This document shows positions 10,490 through 19,477 of a stretch of DNA of 64,000 nucleotides, one piece after another. The DNA is from Candidatus Latescibacterota bacterium. Its GTDB lineage: Bacteria > Latescibacterota > UBA2968 > UBA8231. The notes under the pieces were generated by a model. The model was not told the DNA's origin, ran no database searches, and saw only the letters and a program-made list of their open reading frames with translations. The stretch lies in NCBI GenBank assembly GCA_965200315.1, contig OZ241362.1, positions 3,936,001 through 4,000,000 on the forward strand, written 5' to 3'. A program made the translations under genes and the position numbers. Each line of letters starts with the position of its first letter. Position 1 is the first letter of the stretch.

Positions 10490-11248
10490 ATGGCCATGCC
10501 TTTGAGAATTATTCTAATGTTATTCGCGTCCGGCTGTAGCTTTTTTATTCCGCCGACCATTCTGTACAAAAACGAGTTGACACCCCGTTCTTCCCAAGGC
10601 GCGGAGAAGCAGTATATCGTGGGTGAAGACGGATCGGTCGCGTATGCCATAGAGGGGCTGCGCGTCAAGGTGGAATCGATGACGGACGACCAATTGAATG
10701 CACTGTTGCCCGAGGATTCAAGCAAAGGGAAATTCTCGACAAATCCCTACACCTACGGCAATTGGATTGCTCCACTATTGGGTTACCGGCCCAAACGTTT
10801 TACGGTTTTTCGCGTTACGGTTATCAACGATATCTATGCCAAAGTTCTGCTCGATCCGATCAAAGCGTTGCTCTATACCGATCAGGGCGAAGTTCTGCAC
10901 TCCTATGGTCTGCCGTCTTTTTCGCCGCACAAAAGTTTTGAGCGCTACTACCGGGCCATTCGCGGTCAGAGCGGTAACGAATTCTATCGCTTTGACTTGC
11001 GCATGGGCAATGCGCGTAGCACGGCCTATATAGAAAACCAAAAGGTGTTCAAAGGAGAAAAATATTCGGGACTCATCGCCTTCGATCCACTGAACGAGGA
11101 AGTCCGCCAGGTGCGCCTAGTGCTCAAAAATTTTGTCCTGAAATTCGACGCCTCTGGACAGCCGCTGGAAACCGTGGATATCGCCCTCGAGTTCGATCAA
11201 AAAATTGCAACCGAGAAAGTCCGGCAAGCTGAGACAACAGGCAGGTAG
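10490..11248 (+). CDS. Hypothetical lipoprotein
   Basis: GAGG RBS; LRIILMLFASG-C lipobox; 252-aa ORF inside the operon. Confidence 0.7.
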   Translation: MAMPLRIILMLFASGCSFFIPPTILYKNELTPRSSQGAEKQYIVGEDGSVAYAIEGLRVKVESMTDDQLNALLPEDSSKGKFSTNPYTYGNWIAPLLGYRPKRFTVFRVTVINDIYAKVLLDPIKALLYTDQGEVLHSYGLPSFSPHKSFERYYRAIRGQSGNEFYRFDLRMGNARSTAYIENQKVFKGEKYSGLIAFDPLNEEVRQVRLVLKNFVLKFDASGQPLETVDIALEFDQKIATEKVRQAETTGR

Positions 11249-11253
11249 TTCCA

Positions 11254-12177
11254 TTGCGTTCGCTAATCATTTTATTCTTTTGCACTTGGGTAGGTGCGCT
11301 CGATACGGCAGTCGCTGCCGAGAGGCCGCTTTCGGCTCTGCGCCTTGCCCTGCTCGATTTTGAGGACCGAGCCGGTTTTCAGGCGGAATGGCATTTATCT
11401 AAGGATGTGCCCGATTTGCTAGGTCGCTATCTGGATGCAGACGATGCGGTCTTTGTCATTCCACCAAAAGAAGTCGAGGCCGTGCAACAGAACAAACAGT
11501 TTAAAAAATACTACGGCATTGACCGAGCCGTGCGGCTAGGGCAATTCTTAGACGCCGACGTGGTCATTACCGGCGTCGTGGAGAAAATGGGCATGCGCCG
11601 CGTTTCCGTAGGAAACCCCAATCTGGCTGGCTACAAATCCTACAATTCAGTGATCCACCTCAGCCAAATGCAGCTAATCAGAGTAGCGACCGGAGAAATT
11701 GTCGAGACCTTTAAAACACTCAGGGACTCCACGGAAAAATCGTACGGCCTAGATCTGTTCGGCCGACCGCGCAAACAGGATCGGGCATTCCGCGAACTCT
11801 TCACGGTTGACTTCGGTTCCGAGCGTTTTTTTGAATTGGCCTTTGGCAAGCTCGTCGATGTCGCCTTCAGAGACCTCAGCAGCCAGATGATTACGAGTCT
11901 GACGGAGCGCCCCCCCATCGACCTTTCCGGCGCACAGGCCCAAGTCCTAGCGGTTGAGGCCGACGAGGTGTATCTAGGCATCGGCATCTTGGATCGCGTC
12001 GAGTACGGCGATGTCCTACCGCTGTACGACAAAGAGGTCCGAATCGCTCTAGTCAGGGTGCATCAGCTTATCGGGCCGCACTTGTGCAAGGCCGAGGTCT
12101 TGGAGAAATTTGGCGTCATAGATGCCGGTTTGCGCATAGGACAGCGCTTATCTAGAAACGCCAAAGAAGACAACTAG
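11254..12177 (+). CDS. CsgG/FlgT-like periplasmic or outer-membrane ring protein
   Basis: Signal peptide; RLALLDFED...AVRLGQFLDADVVITGVV...QLIRVATGEIV (CsgG/TolB-N/FlgT-M fold); C-terminal AQVLAVEADEVYLGIG...GDVL resembles FlgT-C. Confidence 0.65.
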   Translation: MRSLIILFFCTWVGALDTAVAAERPLSALRLALLDFEDRAGFQAEWHLSKDVPDLLGRYLDADDAVFVIPPKEVEAVQQNKQFKKYYGIDRAVRLGQFLDADVVITGVVEKMGMRRVSVGNPNLAGYKSYNSVIHLSQMQLIRVATGEIVETFKTLRDSTEKSYGLDLFGRPRKQDRAFRELFTVDFGSERFFELAFGKLVDVAFRDLSSQMITSLTERPPIDLSGAQAQVLAVEADEVYLGIGILDRVEYGDVLPLYDKEVRIALVRVHQLIGPHLCKAEVLEKFGVIDAGLRIGQRLSRNAKEDN

Positions 12178-12209
12178 AACTCTTCTCTTGCCAACAAGGA
12201 GCAGTAGCA

Positions 12210-12956
12210 ATGTGGGAAATAATTCAAAGTGGCGGTCCGATGATGGTTCCCCTCATCGCCTGTGCTATTCTGGCCATTGCCTATTCGATTGAACGCCTGT
12301 GGATTTTCAGTCAATTGCCCACGCCGGAAGAAGCCCAAAGTGAGCTCGACCGGCTCGAGACCGCGCTGCGCAACGGCGGGGAACAGGCCGTCGTGGAAGA
12401 GTGCAACCAAGGCAAAGGGCTGCTCAATTACGTCTTTGCTTCTCTGCTGAAACGATACGATACGCTGGTGATCGAACAGCGGGAATTCAAAGAGACCAAC
12501 GAGGAGATCATCCGTCTGGCCGACGCCGGCGGCGGTGGGCAGGTGAGCCGGTTTATGGTGATGCAGCGGGAACTGGCCGATCTCAAAGACGAGTTGGTCA
12601 TTCAGACCGAGGCCGCCGCCCGGGCCTATTTGGGTAAAAATCTGGCGATCCTGAATACCATCGGCAATATAAGCCCTTTGCTGGGCTTGCTCGGCACCAT
12701 TATGGGGATGATCATCGCCTTTGAGTCTATCGCCACCGCCGGTGCCGGCGACCCGAAAGTCGTGGCCGGCGGTATTTCCCAAGCCTTGGTCACGACCGCA
12801 TCGGGGCTGATCGTCGCCATCCCAACGATTGTATTGTACCGCTATCTGGCGCGCAAAGCAGACAATTTACTTGAAGATGCCGAGATGTATGGGCATGCCT
12901 TTGCCAATGCTCTGATTACTGCAGGCCAGCGCCAACAATACGAAACGACAGATTAG
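12210..12956 (+). CDS. exbB: MotA/TolQ/ExbB proton channel family protein
   Basis: GGPMMVPL start; SPLLGLLGTIMGMIIAF and GISQALVTTASGLIVAIP motifs; AAGGAG RBS. Confidence 0.92.
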   Translation: MWEIIQSGGPMMVPLIACAILAIAYSIERLWIFSQLPTPEEAQSELDRLETALRNGGEQAVVEECNQGKGLLNYVFASLLKRYDTLVIEQREFKETNEEIIRLADAGGGGQVSRFMVMQRELADLKDELVIQTEAAARAYLGKNLAILNTIGNISPLLGLLGTIMGMIIAFESIATAGAGDPKVVAGGISQALVTTASGLIVAIPTIVLYRYLARKADNLLEDAEMYGHAFANALITAGQRQQYETTD

Positions 12957-12979
12957 CTCCTGCGGGAGGAGTGCATCCC

Positions 12980-13396
12980 ATGGCCAGACACCGCAAAGAT
13001 CGGCCCGAGAGCTTTCTGGCCGAAGGCGGGCCGGATATGACGCCGCTGATCGACTGCGTCTTTTTGCTGCTGATCTTCTTTATGGTAACCACAGTGTTTC
13101 TCCACACCAAAGGGTTGGAAGTGGACATGCCGGCCCAAAGCGAGGCCACAGAAGAAAAGAAGAAAGATATCAACGTCTTGCTAGACCGCGACGGCAAAAT
13201 TCAAATCAAGGGCGAGGACGTGCTGCCAGCGACCTTGGCGGCTCGGCTGGTCACGGCCATGGAAGAGGCCAATAACGAGAATATCATCATTCAGGCCGAC
13301 GGCGAGTGCGCTCAGAAACACGTAGTGTTTGTGGTGGATAAAGCCAAAGAGGTCGGGGTTGAGGGCATCGCTTTTGTGCGGGAACGGGAGGAATGA
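12980..13396 (+). CDS. exbD: Biopolymer transport protein ExbD/TolR, copy 1
   Basis: MTPLIDCVFLLLIFFMV TM helix with the essential Asp; IIIQADG motif; GGAGGA RBS. Confidence 0.92.
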   Translation: MARHRKDRPESFLAEGGPDMTPLIDCVFLLLIFFMVTTVFLHTKGLEVDMPAQSEATEEKKKDINVLLDRDGKIQIKGEDVLPATLAARLVTAMEEANNENIIIQADGECAQKHVVFVVDKAKEVGVEGIAFVREREE

Positions 13397-13506
13397 GTCC
13401 GATGCCTAGGCGCAAAGCCCTATACGAAGAGCAAGAACTTAATATGACGCCGCTGATCGACTGCGTCTTTTTGCTGCTGATCTTCTTTATGGTAACCACA
13501 GTGTTT
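13035..13506 (+). repeat. 65-bp exact direct repeat (13035-13099 and 13442-13506) in the two exbD genes
   Basis: atatgacgccgctgatcgactgcgtctttttgctgctgatcttctttatggtaaccacagtgttt reads identically at both positions. Confidence 0.95.
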
Positions 13507-13809
13507 AAGCAACCCTATAGCCTTCAAGTCGTATTGCCCGAAGCGCAACAGGCTCAGATTGTCGAAGAGAAGAAACTAGTGGCGACGATCACCCAAGACG
13601 GCCGCATGGAGATCAACCGCCATCTGGTGACCTTGGACAATTTGGAGCAGATCCTTTTGCGGGAAAAAGAAGGCACCCGGAGTTTGACGCTAGTAGTGAG
13701 GACCGATCAGGAAACCCCACATAAGTACCTATTGGATCTCTTTGAGGTGGCCAAGCGCGTAGGCATTGAAAAAATACCGCTGGCGACAGAAGACTTGCAA
13801 AAAAAATAG
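13393..13809 (+). CDS. exbD: Biopolymer transport protein ExbD/TolR, copy 2
   Basis: LNMTPLIDCVFLLLIFFMV; VVLPEA; VVRTD motifs. ATGA overlap with copy 1; an alternative start is at 13402. Confidence 0.92.
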   Translation: MSPMPRRKALYEEQELNMTPLIDCVFLLLIFFMVTTVFKQPYSLQVVLPEAQQAQIVEEKKLVATITQDGRMEINRHLVTLDNLEQILLREKEGTRSLTLVVRTDQETPHKYLLDLFEVAKRVGIEKIPLATEDLQKK

Positions 13810-13897
13810 TTTGGCAGCGAACCGCCACGGCGAATAGATCCCCGGCAAACGCCCACAGCAGCCATCCCACCCCATCTGAATAAGTGTAGCCTTTGCC

Positions 13898-16891
13898 CTA
13901 GCGTTGTACTGCTAGCCGCTGACGCGCCCGGCGTATCCCTTGAGCCGCGCCAGCGTGATCGGGTACCAAGCGCAATACGACTTCCCACTGGGCTATTGCT
14001 TGCGACCAATTTTTCTGGGCCGCATAGACTTGTGCCAGCGCATCCCTTGTATCCGGGACCTTAGGGTCAAGCTCAATACTGAGCTTAAACGATGCAGTCG
14101 CTGCGTTTAAATTTCCCTGCATGGCATAGGCCATACCCAGATTGCTGTGGACCAACGCCAGATCCGGTTTAATCTCCAAGGCGCGCCGGTATGCAACTAC
14201 GGCCCGATCATAGCGACCGCTCTGGTGGTAGGCTTGGCCTAGATCATTGAAGGCATCGTAGAGCTGCGGGTCCAGTTGGCAAGCCCGTTCGTAGGCGCGG
14301 ATGGCCGGTGCTATTTGGTTGCGTTGGTACAATACCCGCCCCTTACCATGAAAGGCCGGGGCATAGGAAGGATCTAGTGCAAGGGCGCGTTCAAAAAACT
14401 GCAGTCCCAGCGCAAAGCGGTCCTGTTCGACGTAGGTCAATCCCAACAGGTAATGGGCTCGGGTATTCTCTGGATGGTCAGAGACCTTTTTCTCATAGAG
14501 TTCCACCCGATTCTGCACTAGACTTAAACGCTCAAACAGCACCTGCTCTTTGGCCGCCTGTTCATGCTGTCCCTTGTTCGCGTATAGCTGGGCCAGATGC
14601 AAATGCGGTTTAGGATCCCACGGCGCAAGCCGGACCGCGTTTCTAAAGGCGGTGGCAGCGGCCACTAGGCTATCAGCCCGCAGGTAGGCCAGCCCCAACC
14701 AGTGGGCGTACTCCCAGGCTTGTGGTTTCAGCCGGGTCGCCTGTCCAAGTGCCTTGATTGCCTCGGGTAGTCGCTGCTGCTGCAAATAGACCTTGCCTAG
14801 CAAGTGGTAAGCGTCGGCCCGCGTCGGTTTTATCTGCACGGCCTGTTCCAACACCTTGTGAGCCGCATCCAACTCGCCCAAGCCGGAGAAGAGCACCAAA
14901 CCCAAGTTGATGTAGGCCGGGATGTACTCCGGATCCAGTTCCAAGGCATTTTGCAGCATATCCCGTGCTTCGAGATAGCGGCCCTGTTTGAAGAGAGCCT
15001 CGCTGGAGCGGCGATAATCTGCCGGTCCCCAATCCGGGGCCCCTGTGACCTGCGGTACGAACTCGGATGCGCTGACTGGAGAAGCCGATGCTCTCACGGC
15101 CGGCATCACAGCTATCACTTCATTCCCGGCCACGATCTGGTCGCTACCTTCGCGGACGATCAGATAGCGACGCAGTAGAGGATTGCGGATCACCTGTTTC
15201 AGGCCCGAAGGCCAGTGAATCTCCACCTGATCCACACTCATCGCCCGGCCCAGCCCAAACAGCAGGCGCTCATCGTGCTGACTCTGAAAACCGTACCCGC
15301 GCTGCACTTCCTTGGTTTGCACCAGACCTCCTGCCCGCACGCGTACGCGTGTGCCGATGGCATCCTTGTTGCTTTGCACACCCACCAGTTTCAAGCCCAG
15401 CCAGTTGTGAGCATTCCCTCCGTCGTTGCGCAACAATGCCGGCCGGCCGTTGAGATTGGTCACCAGCAAATCTGGATCGCCATCATTGTCGTAGTCGCCT
15501 ACGGCCCCGCCTCGACTTACCTGTTCGAGTTGCCACCCCGGACCGGCTTGTTCCCCCACTTCGACAAAACGGCCCTGTCTATTTTGATAGAGCAGATTGC
15601 GCTGTGCATAGCGCAGGCCGGTCGCGTATTGACTTAGCTGGGGATAGACGTGCCCGTTGACCACAAATACATCCTGCCAGCCGTCGTTGTCGTAGTCGAA
15701 AAAACCCGCGCTCCAACCTAGATAGGGTAGTACTGCACCGCCTAGCCCCACTTCATAGGTGGCATCTACAAATGCGCCGTTGCCCCGATTCCGGTACAGC
15801 GTATTAACATCGTCCGAAAAATTGGTCACGTACAGATCCAGATCGCCGTCGTTGTCGTAGTCGCCACCGTGGACGCCCATGCCGGCTTGAGCCCGACCGC
15901 CTTCGCTAAAGCCTACCCCCAGCGGAATGGCGGTGTCGACTAGGTTCCAGTTCCCGTCGTTCCGATAGAGAACGTTGACTTCCGAGTCATTGGCCACATA
16001 GATATCGGCGTCACCATCGTTGTCGTAATCCACAAAAACAACACCCAGTCCCGGCAGCGGCCGATCAGGCCCTAAAGCCTGGGTCCTATCCTCAAAGCGA
16101 TCCCCGCCTAGGTTGCGGTACATGCGATCTGATTCCGCTGTCATTCCTTGGGGTCCACAAAAGCTCTCAAGCCCTTTGTAGAGGCACTTTTTCCATCCAA
16201 CTGGTGGATTTTCCAGATCAAACGCCAGATAATTGACCACGTAGAGATCCAGCAGGCCGTCCTCGTCTAGGTCTCCGAACACAGCGCTAGTGCCCCAGCC
16301 CTCGTCGTCCACACCCACTACCTCGGCGATCTGGTTAAAGTGGCCATCCCCTTCGTTGCGGTAGAGTCTGTTGGGCCCCCAGTACGTAGCGTAAAGGTCC
16401 ACGTCGCCATCGTTGTCGTAGTCGCCCACCGCGCAGCCCATACCCCAACCCCTGTAATCGACGCCAGCCTGCTGACTTACCTCCGCGAAGATGCGCTCAC
16501 CCGTTGCCGCCTCGGTGCTGCGATAGAGCCGGCTGTGGTTGCCGACCGTCTCGTCTTCTAGGCGCGTGCCATTGGCAAAAAAAATGTCCAGATAACCGTC
16601 GCCGTCGCTATCGAAAAAAGCCACACCCGCCGATATGGTCTCCAGTATGTAGCCCTGCTCGGGACCACCCGACACATTCTCAAAGTCCAGACCCAAGGTC
16701 TGCCCCACATCCTCGAAATACACGGCCATAGTTTCCACCTTGGCCGCCTGCGAAACGGGTTGAGGTTCCGGCAGTTCAGTGCGATCTGTGGACTCGGGCT
16801 CAGTGGCGCATCCCAAGCCTAGCGATAACAAGAAAACAGTGCCGTATGCACAAATTTTGCGGCACCTGTCAAATGCGATGCAGGGTATCAA
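13898..16891 (-). CDS. FG-GAP repeat / CRTAC1 (ASPIC-UnbV) lipoprotein with C-terminal TPRs
   Basis: LLSLGLG-C lipobox; repeated GDYDNDGDxDL FG-GAP motifs; SNKDAIGTRV...GFQSQ...LLFGLG...IHWPSG ASPIC/UnbV motif; ~350 aa of TPRs. Confidence 0.9.
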   Translation of the reverse strand: MIPCIAFDRCRKICAYGTVFLLSLGLGCATEPESTDRTELPEPQPVSQAAKVETMAVYFEDVGQTLGLDFENVSGGPEQGYILETISAGVAFFDSDGDGYLDIFFANGTRLEDETVGNHSRLYRSTEAATGERIFAEVSQQAGVDYRGWGMGCAVGDYDNDGDVDLYATYWGPNRLYRNEGDGHFNQIAEVVGVDDEGWGTSAVFGDLDEDGLLDLYVVNYLAFDLENPPVGWKKCLYKGLESFCGPQGMTAESDRMYRNLGGDRFEDRTQALGPDRPLPGLGVVFVDYDNDGDADIYVANDSEVNVLYRNDGNWNLVDTAIPLGVGFSEGGRAQAGMGVHGGDYDNDGDLDLYVTNFSDDVNTLYRNRGNGAFVDATYEVGLGGAVLPYLGWSAGFFDYDNDGWQDVFVVNGHVYPQLSQYATGLRYAQRNLLYQNRQGRFVEVGEQAGPGWQLEQVSRGGAVGDYDNDGDPDLLVTNLNGRPALLRNDGGNAHNWLGLKLVGVQSNKDAIGTRVRVRAGGLVQTKEVQRGYGFQSQHDERLLFGLGRAMSVDQVEIHWPSGLKQVIRNPLLRRYLIVREGSDQIVAGNEVIAVMPAVRASASPVSASEFVPQVTGAPDWGPADYRRSSEALFKQGRYLEARDMLQNALELDPEYIPAYINLGLVLFSGLGELDAAHKVLEQAVQIKPTRADAYHLLGKVYLQQQRLPEAIKALGQATRLKPQAWEYAHWLGLAYLRADSLVAAATAFRNAVRLAPWDPKPHLHLAQLYANKGQHEQAAKEQVLFERLSLVQNRVELYEKKVSDHPENTRAHYLLGLTYVEQDRFALGLQFFERALALDPSYAPAFHGKGRVLYQRNQIAPAIRAYERACQLDPQLYDAFNDLGQAYHQSGRYDRAVVAYRRALEIKPDLALVHSNLGMAYAMQGNLNAATASFKLSIELDPKVPDTRDALAQVYAAQKNWSQAIAQWEVVLRLVPDHAGAAQGIRRARQRLAVQR

Positions 16892-16990
16892 GCGTTCTCC
16901 ATTTCACGATGCAGTCCAGTACGGCACACAGACACAATATCTCCTATCATATATCGCCGATGCGGCCCTAGTGCAAAGCGGTGCCTCACA

Positions 16991-19384
16991 TCACAACGGC
17001 CTTATCACTCCGCTTTGGCCATCGACTTCGATCAACTGACCGGTCTTGATCTTCTTGGTCCCGATCAAGGTTCCCACCACCGCTGGCAACCCGTATTCTC
17101 GGGCGACGACCGCCCCATGACACAACGCTCCGCCCCTATCGCTCACTAATCCCGCCCCAACGGCAAAAAGCGGCGTCCAATGGGTATTGGTCGTACTACA
17201 AACCAATATCTCCCCCGGCTGTAGTTCCAATGCTTTATCCAGACTCAAGGCCACGCACGCACGCCCCCTGACAACCCCCGGCGAAGCCCCTACTCCGCGC
17301 ACCGCTCCCGTTGGTGCCTCGAGTGGAGTTGAGGGGCCCCAATACAGGTAATCATCCGCTCCGGCCGGCGGCTCTTCACAAGCACCAAGAAAATCCGGCG
17401 GCGATAGTTGCAATCGCCGATCAAATTCCCGTTGGCGTTCGACGACCCGCGTACGCAACGGCTGCCGCACGCCGAATCCCCAGAGGATGATTTCGTTCAG
17501 TTCTAGGTATTTGATCTCGCTCCGCTTCTTCTTGAGGATACCGCCTTTGATCATTCGGCGGCCCAGTTCGTCGAATAGCGGAAATATGTAATGCGCGGCG
17601 ATCCCATCGACCCAGTAGTTGTGGTCCTCAGTAAGTGGATAATTGGCCAGAGCTACCTGCAAAAGCTCCTCGAAAACCTCGCGTTCCTGTTTTTTCAGCA
17701 GCGAACGCACCTGTGAGGTGAATTGCTCTCGCTCGGCTGCCAACTGGCGCAATTTCACGTGCGGGTCTTCCACGCCCTGCTCGGCGTATTTGAGAACCAA
17801 GGAAGCGAGAAATTCCGGCGAGTCTTTCCAATAGTTTTCTAAATACTGGTCGAAAATCTCTTTGAAGGTCCCCTCAAGCCCGTCCCATCTCCCCTGCTTT
17901 TTGCGCGACCGCAAAGCAGCCCTTAGAAGCTCTTTGTTGGCGGGAGTAAGGTGCTGTTGCAAATGCCATAAAAGATGCCCCTTCTCAACGCTCAAATTTG
18001 ACTGCCCCTGTACCAAGCGGTAGGGTTCGCTTTCTGCGGCATCGGGGAACCGTTTGCGATACCACTCCACCAAGTGCCCAACGGCCTCGACCGCTGTCCC
18101 GCCTAGATGCGCGTGCATCCTCGCGCATTCGCAATACCAAGGCAGTGCTTCGACCAGTACGCTGGCTAACTCGTCGTTGGACAGCACCGACAGATTCAGA
18201 CTGCGGAAATAAGCCCGCTTCTGCTTGAGCCCGGGCAACCATTCACTTTTCCAGAGTTCCGGTATCTCGCGTTCCGTTTTTTTGCGGGCACTTTCTTGCT
18301 CTTTGCGGTTGCCAACCCTGAAGGGTTTTGCCGCTTCGTATGCGTAGCCGTTCACATAGATTCGCATAGGTAACGTGCCGCTGCCCGTTTCTCGCCGCGC
18401 TTTCGCCCAACCTTGCATCCAATACCATTCAAACGACTGATCGAGCGGCGTTTCCAGATTGCCCTTGCGCCAAGTCAGTTCAGCATCTTTGGGATCGTCC
18501 CAGTCCACCGACCAATCTCGTCCATCTTGCGCGAGGGTCGTCACTGGGCGGCACTGCAGCAAATACAGCTTTCCATCCTTAAAAGCGCATTCCAAGTCAA
18601 CGGGCCGCCCCATCCGAGTCTCCAAGTCAACCGCGCTACGGCAGACCTCGCTGACCTGTTCGTCGGTTAGGGTTGACCGCGACTGATTATCCGCAGGCAC
18701 ATCTATTGTGATCGTGCCAGCAGATCCGGCAACGCACATCCGCTCTTTCTTGGCCACGCTCCGCGTCTTGATCCGCAATTCCCGTTTGTCCGCGGTGTAC
18801 GTGTCGGGAACCGAACTGCCATCGACCAGCCCTTCTCCCAACCCCCAATAGGCGTTGATGACGATCTCGCTTGCGTCGTTGGTGACCGGATTGGCGGTAA
18901 ACGCGACCGCCGAAGAATCCGCGGCGACGAACTCCTGCACGAGAATGCCCAGATTGACCTCGTCTGCGCGCGCTCCTGACCGCTTGCGGTAAGCGACTGC
19001 ATGGGGCCGGTAGGCCGCTTCCACACACTCAACTACCGCCGCAGCCACGGCAGCCACGCCCACGACATTCAACAGGGTCTGATATTGGCCGGCAAAGGAA
19101 TTAACCGCACCGTCCTCCGCCACCGCCGAGGATCGAATCGCCACCGCCGGCTTGGGAGTTCCGCAGCGAGTGCCCAGTTCCGCGTACGCGGCTTCAATCT
19201 CCGCACGAAGGTCGGGAGGCAGCGATGCACTCCGCACCAACACCACTCTCGCCGTGGCACTAGCGGTAATGCAAAAACCAAGCGGCACTTGTCCGCCGCT
19301 ATGTAGCTGGTTGAGGTTAGCCGCTTTACCGCCTACCAGTTCCCTTTTGCCGCTTGCAGGGTCGTCTAACCAAATAACATTCAA
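16991..19384 (-). CDS. PEP/pyruvate-binding + PEP-utilizer domain protein (rifampin phosphotransferase-like architecture)
   Basis: VGGKAANL, AIRSSAVAEDG...SFAGQ, GLGEGLVDG and LLQCRPVT ATP-grasp motifs; C-terminal GGALCHGAVVAREYGLPAVVG phospho-His domain. Confidence 0.85.
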   Translation of the reverse strand: MNVIWLDDPASGKRELVGGKAANLNQLHSGGQVPLGFCITASATARVVLVRSASLPPDLRAEIEAAYAELGTRCGTPKPAVAIRSSAVAEDGAVNSFAGQYQTLLNVVGVAAVAAAVVECVEAAYRPHAVAYRKRSGARADEVNLGILVQEFVAADSSAVAFTANPVTNDASEIVINAYWGLGEGLVDGSSVPDTYTADKRELRIKTRSVAKKERMCVAGSAGTITIDVPADNQSRSTLTDEQVSEVCRSAVDLETRMGRPVDLECAFKDGKLYLLQCRPVTTLAQDGRDWSVDWDDPKDAELTWRKGNLETPLDQSFEWYWMQGWAKARRETGSGTLPMRIYVNGYAYEAAKPFRVGNRKEQESARKKTEREIPELWKSEWLPGLKQKRAYFRSLNLSVLSNDELASVLVEALPWYCECARMHAHLGGTAVEAVGHLVEWYRKRFPDAAESEPYRLVQGQSNLSVEKGHLLWHLQQHLTPANKELLRAALRSRKKQGRWDGLEGTFKEIFDQYLENYWKDSPEFLASLVLKYAEQGVEDPHVKLRQLAAEREQFTSQVRSLLKKQEREVFEELLQVALANYPLTEDHNYWVDGIAAHYIFPLFDELGRRMIKGGILKKKRSEIKYLELNEIILWGFGVRQPLRTRVVERQREFDRRLQLSPPDFLGACEEPPAGADDYLYWGPSTPLEAPTGAVRGVGASPGVVRGRACVALSLDKALELQPGEILVCSTTNTHWTPLFAVGAGLVSDRGGALCHGAVVAREYGLPAVVGTLIGTKKIKTGQLIEVDGQSGVIRPL

Positions 19385-19477
19385 AGCTACTTTTTCCTTA
19401 CCAAATGAGAGCGTTTCACGTAGCTAATTCCGCAGACTCGGCGTCGATTCCAGCGCAACGCATACCGGGCCGCAGAA

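Noticed and set aside
13035-13506. exbD repeat pair as a diversity-generating retroelement TR/VR
   Set aside because: The copies are identical with no adenine-specific mismatches, and no reverse transcriptase is present.
12210-13809. Flagellar stator motAB or tol-pal operon
   Set aside because: The small subunits lack the OmpA-like peptidoglycan-binding domain of MotB, and there are no tolA, tolB, pal or flagellar genes.
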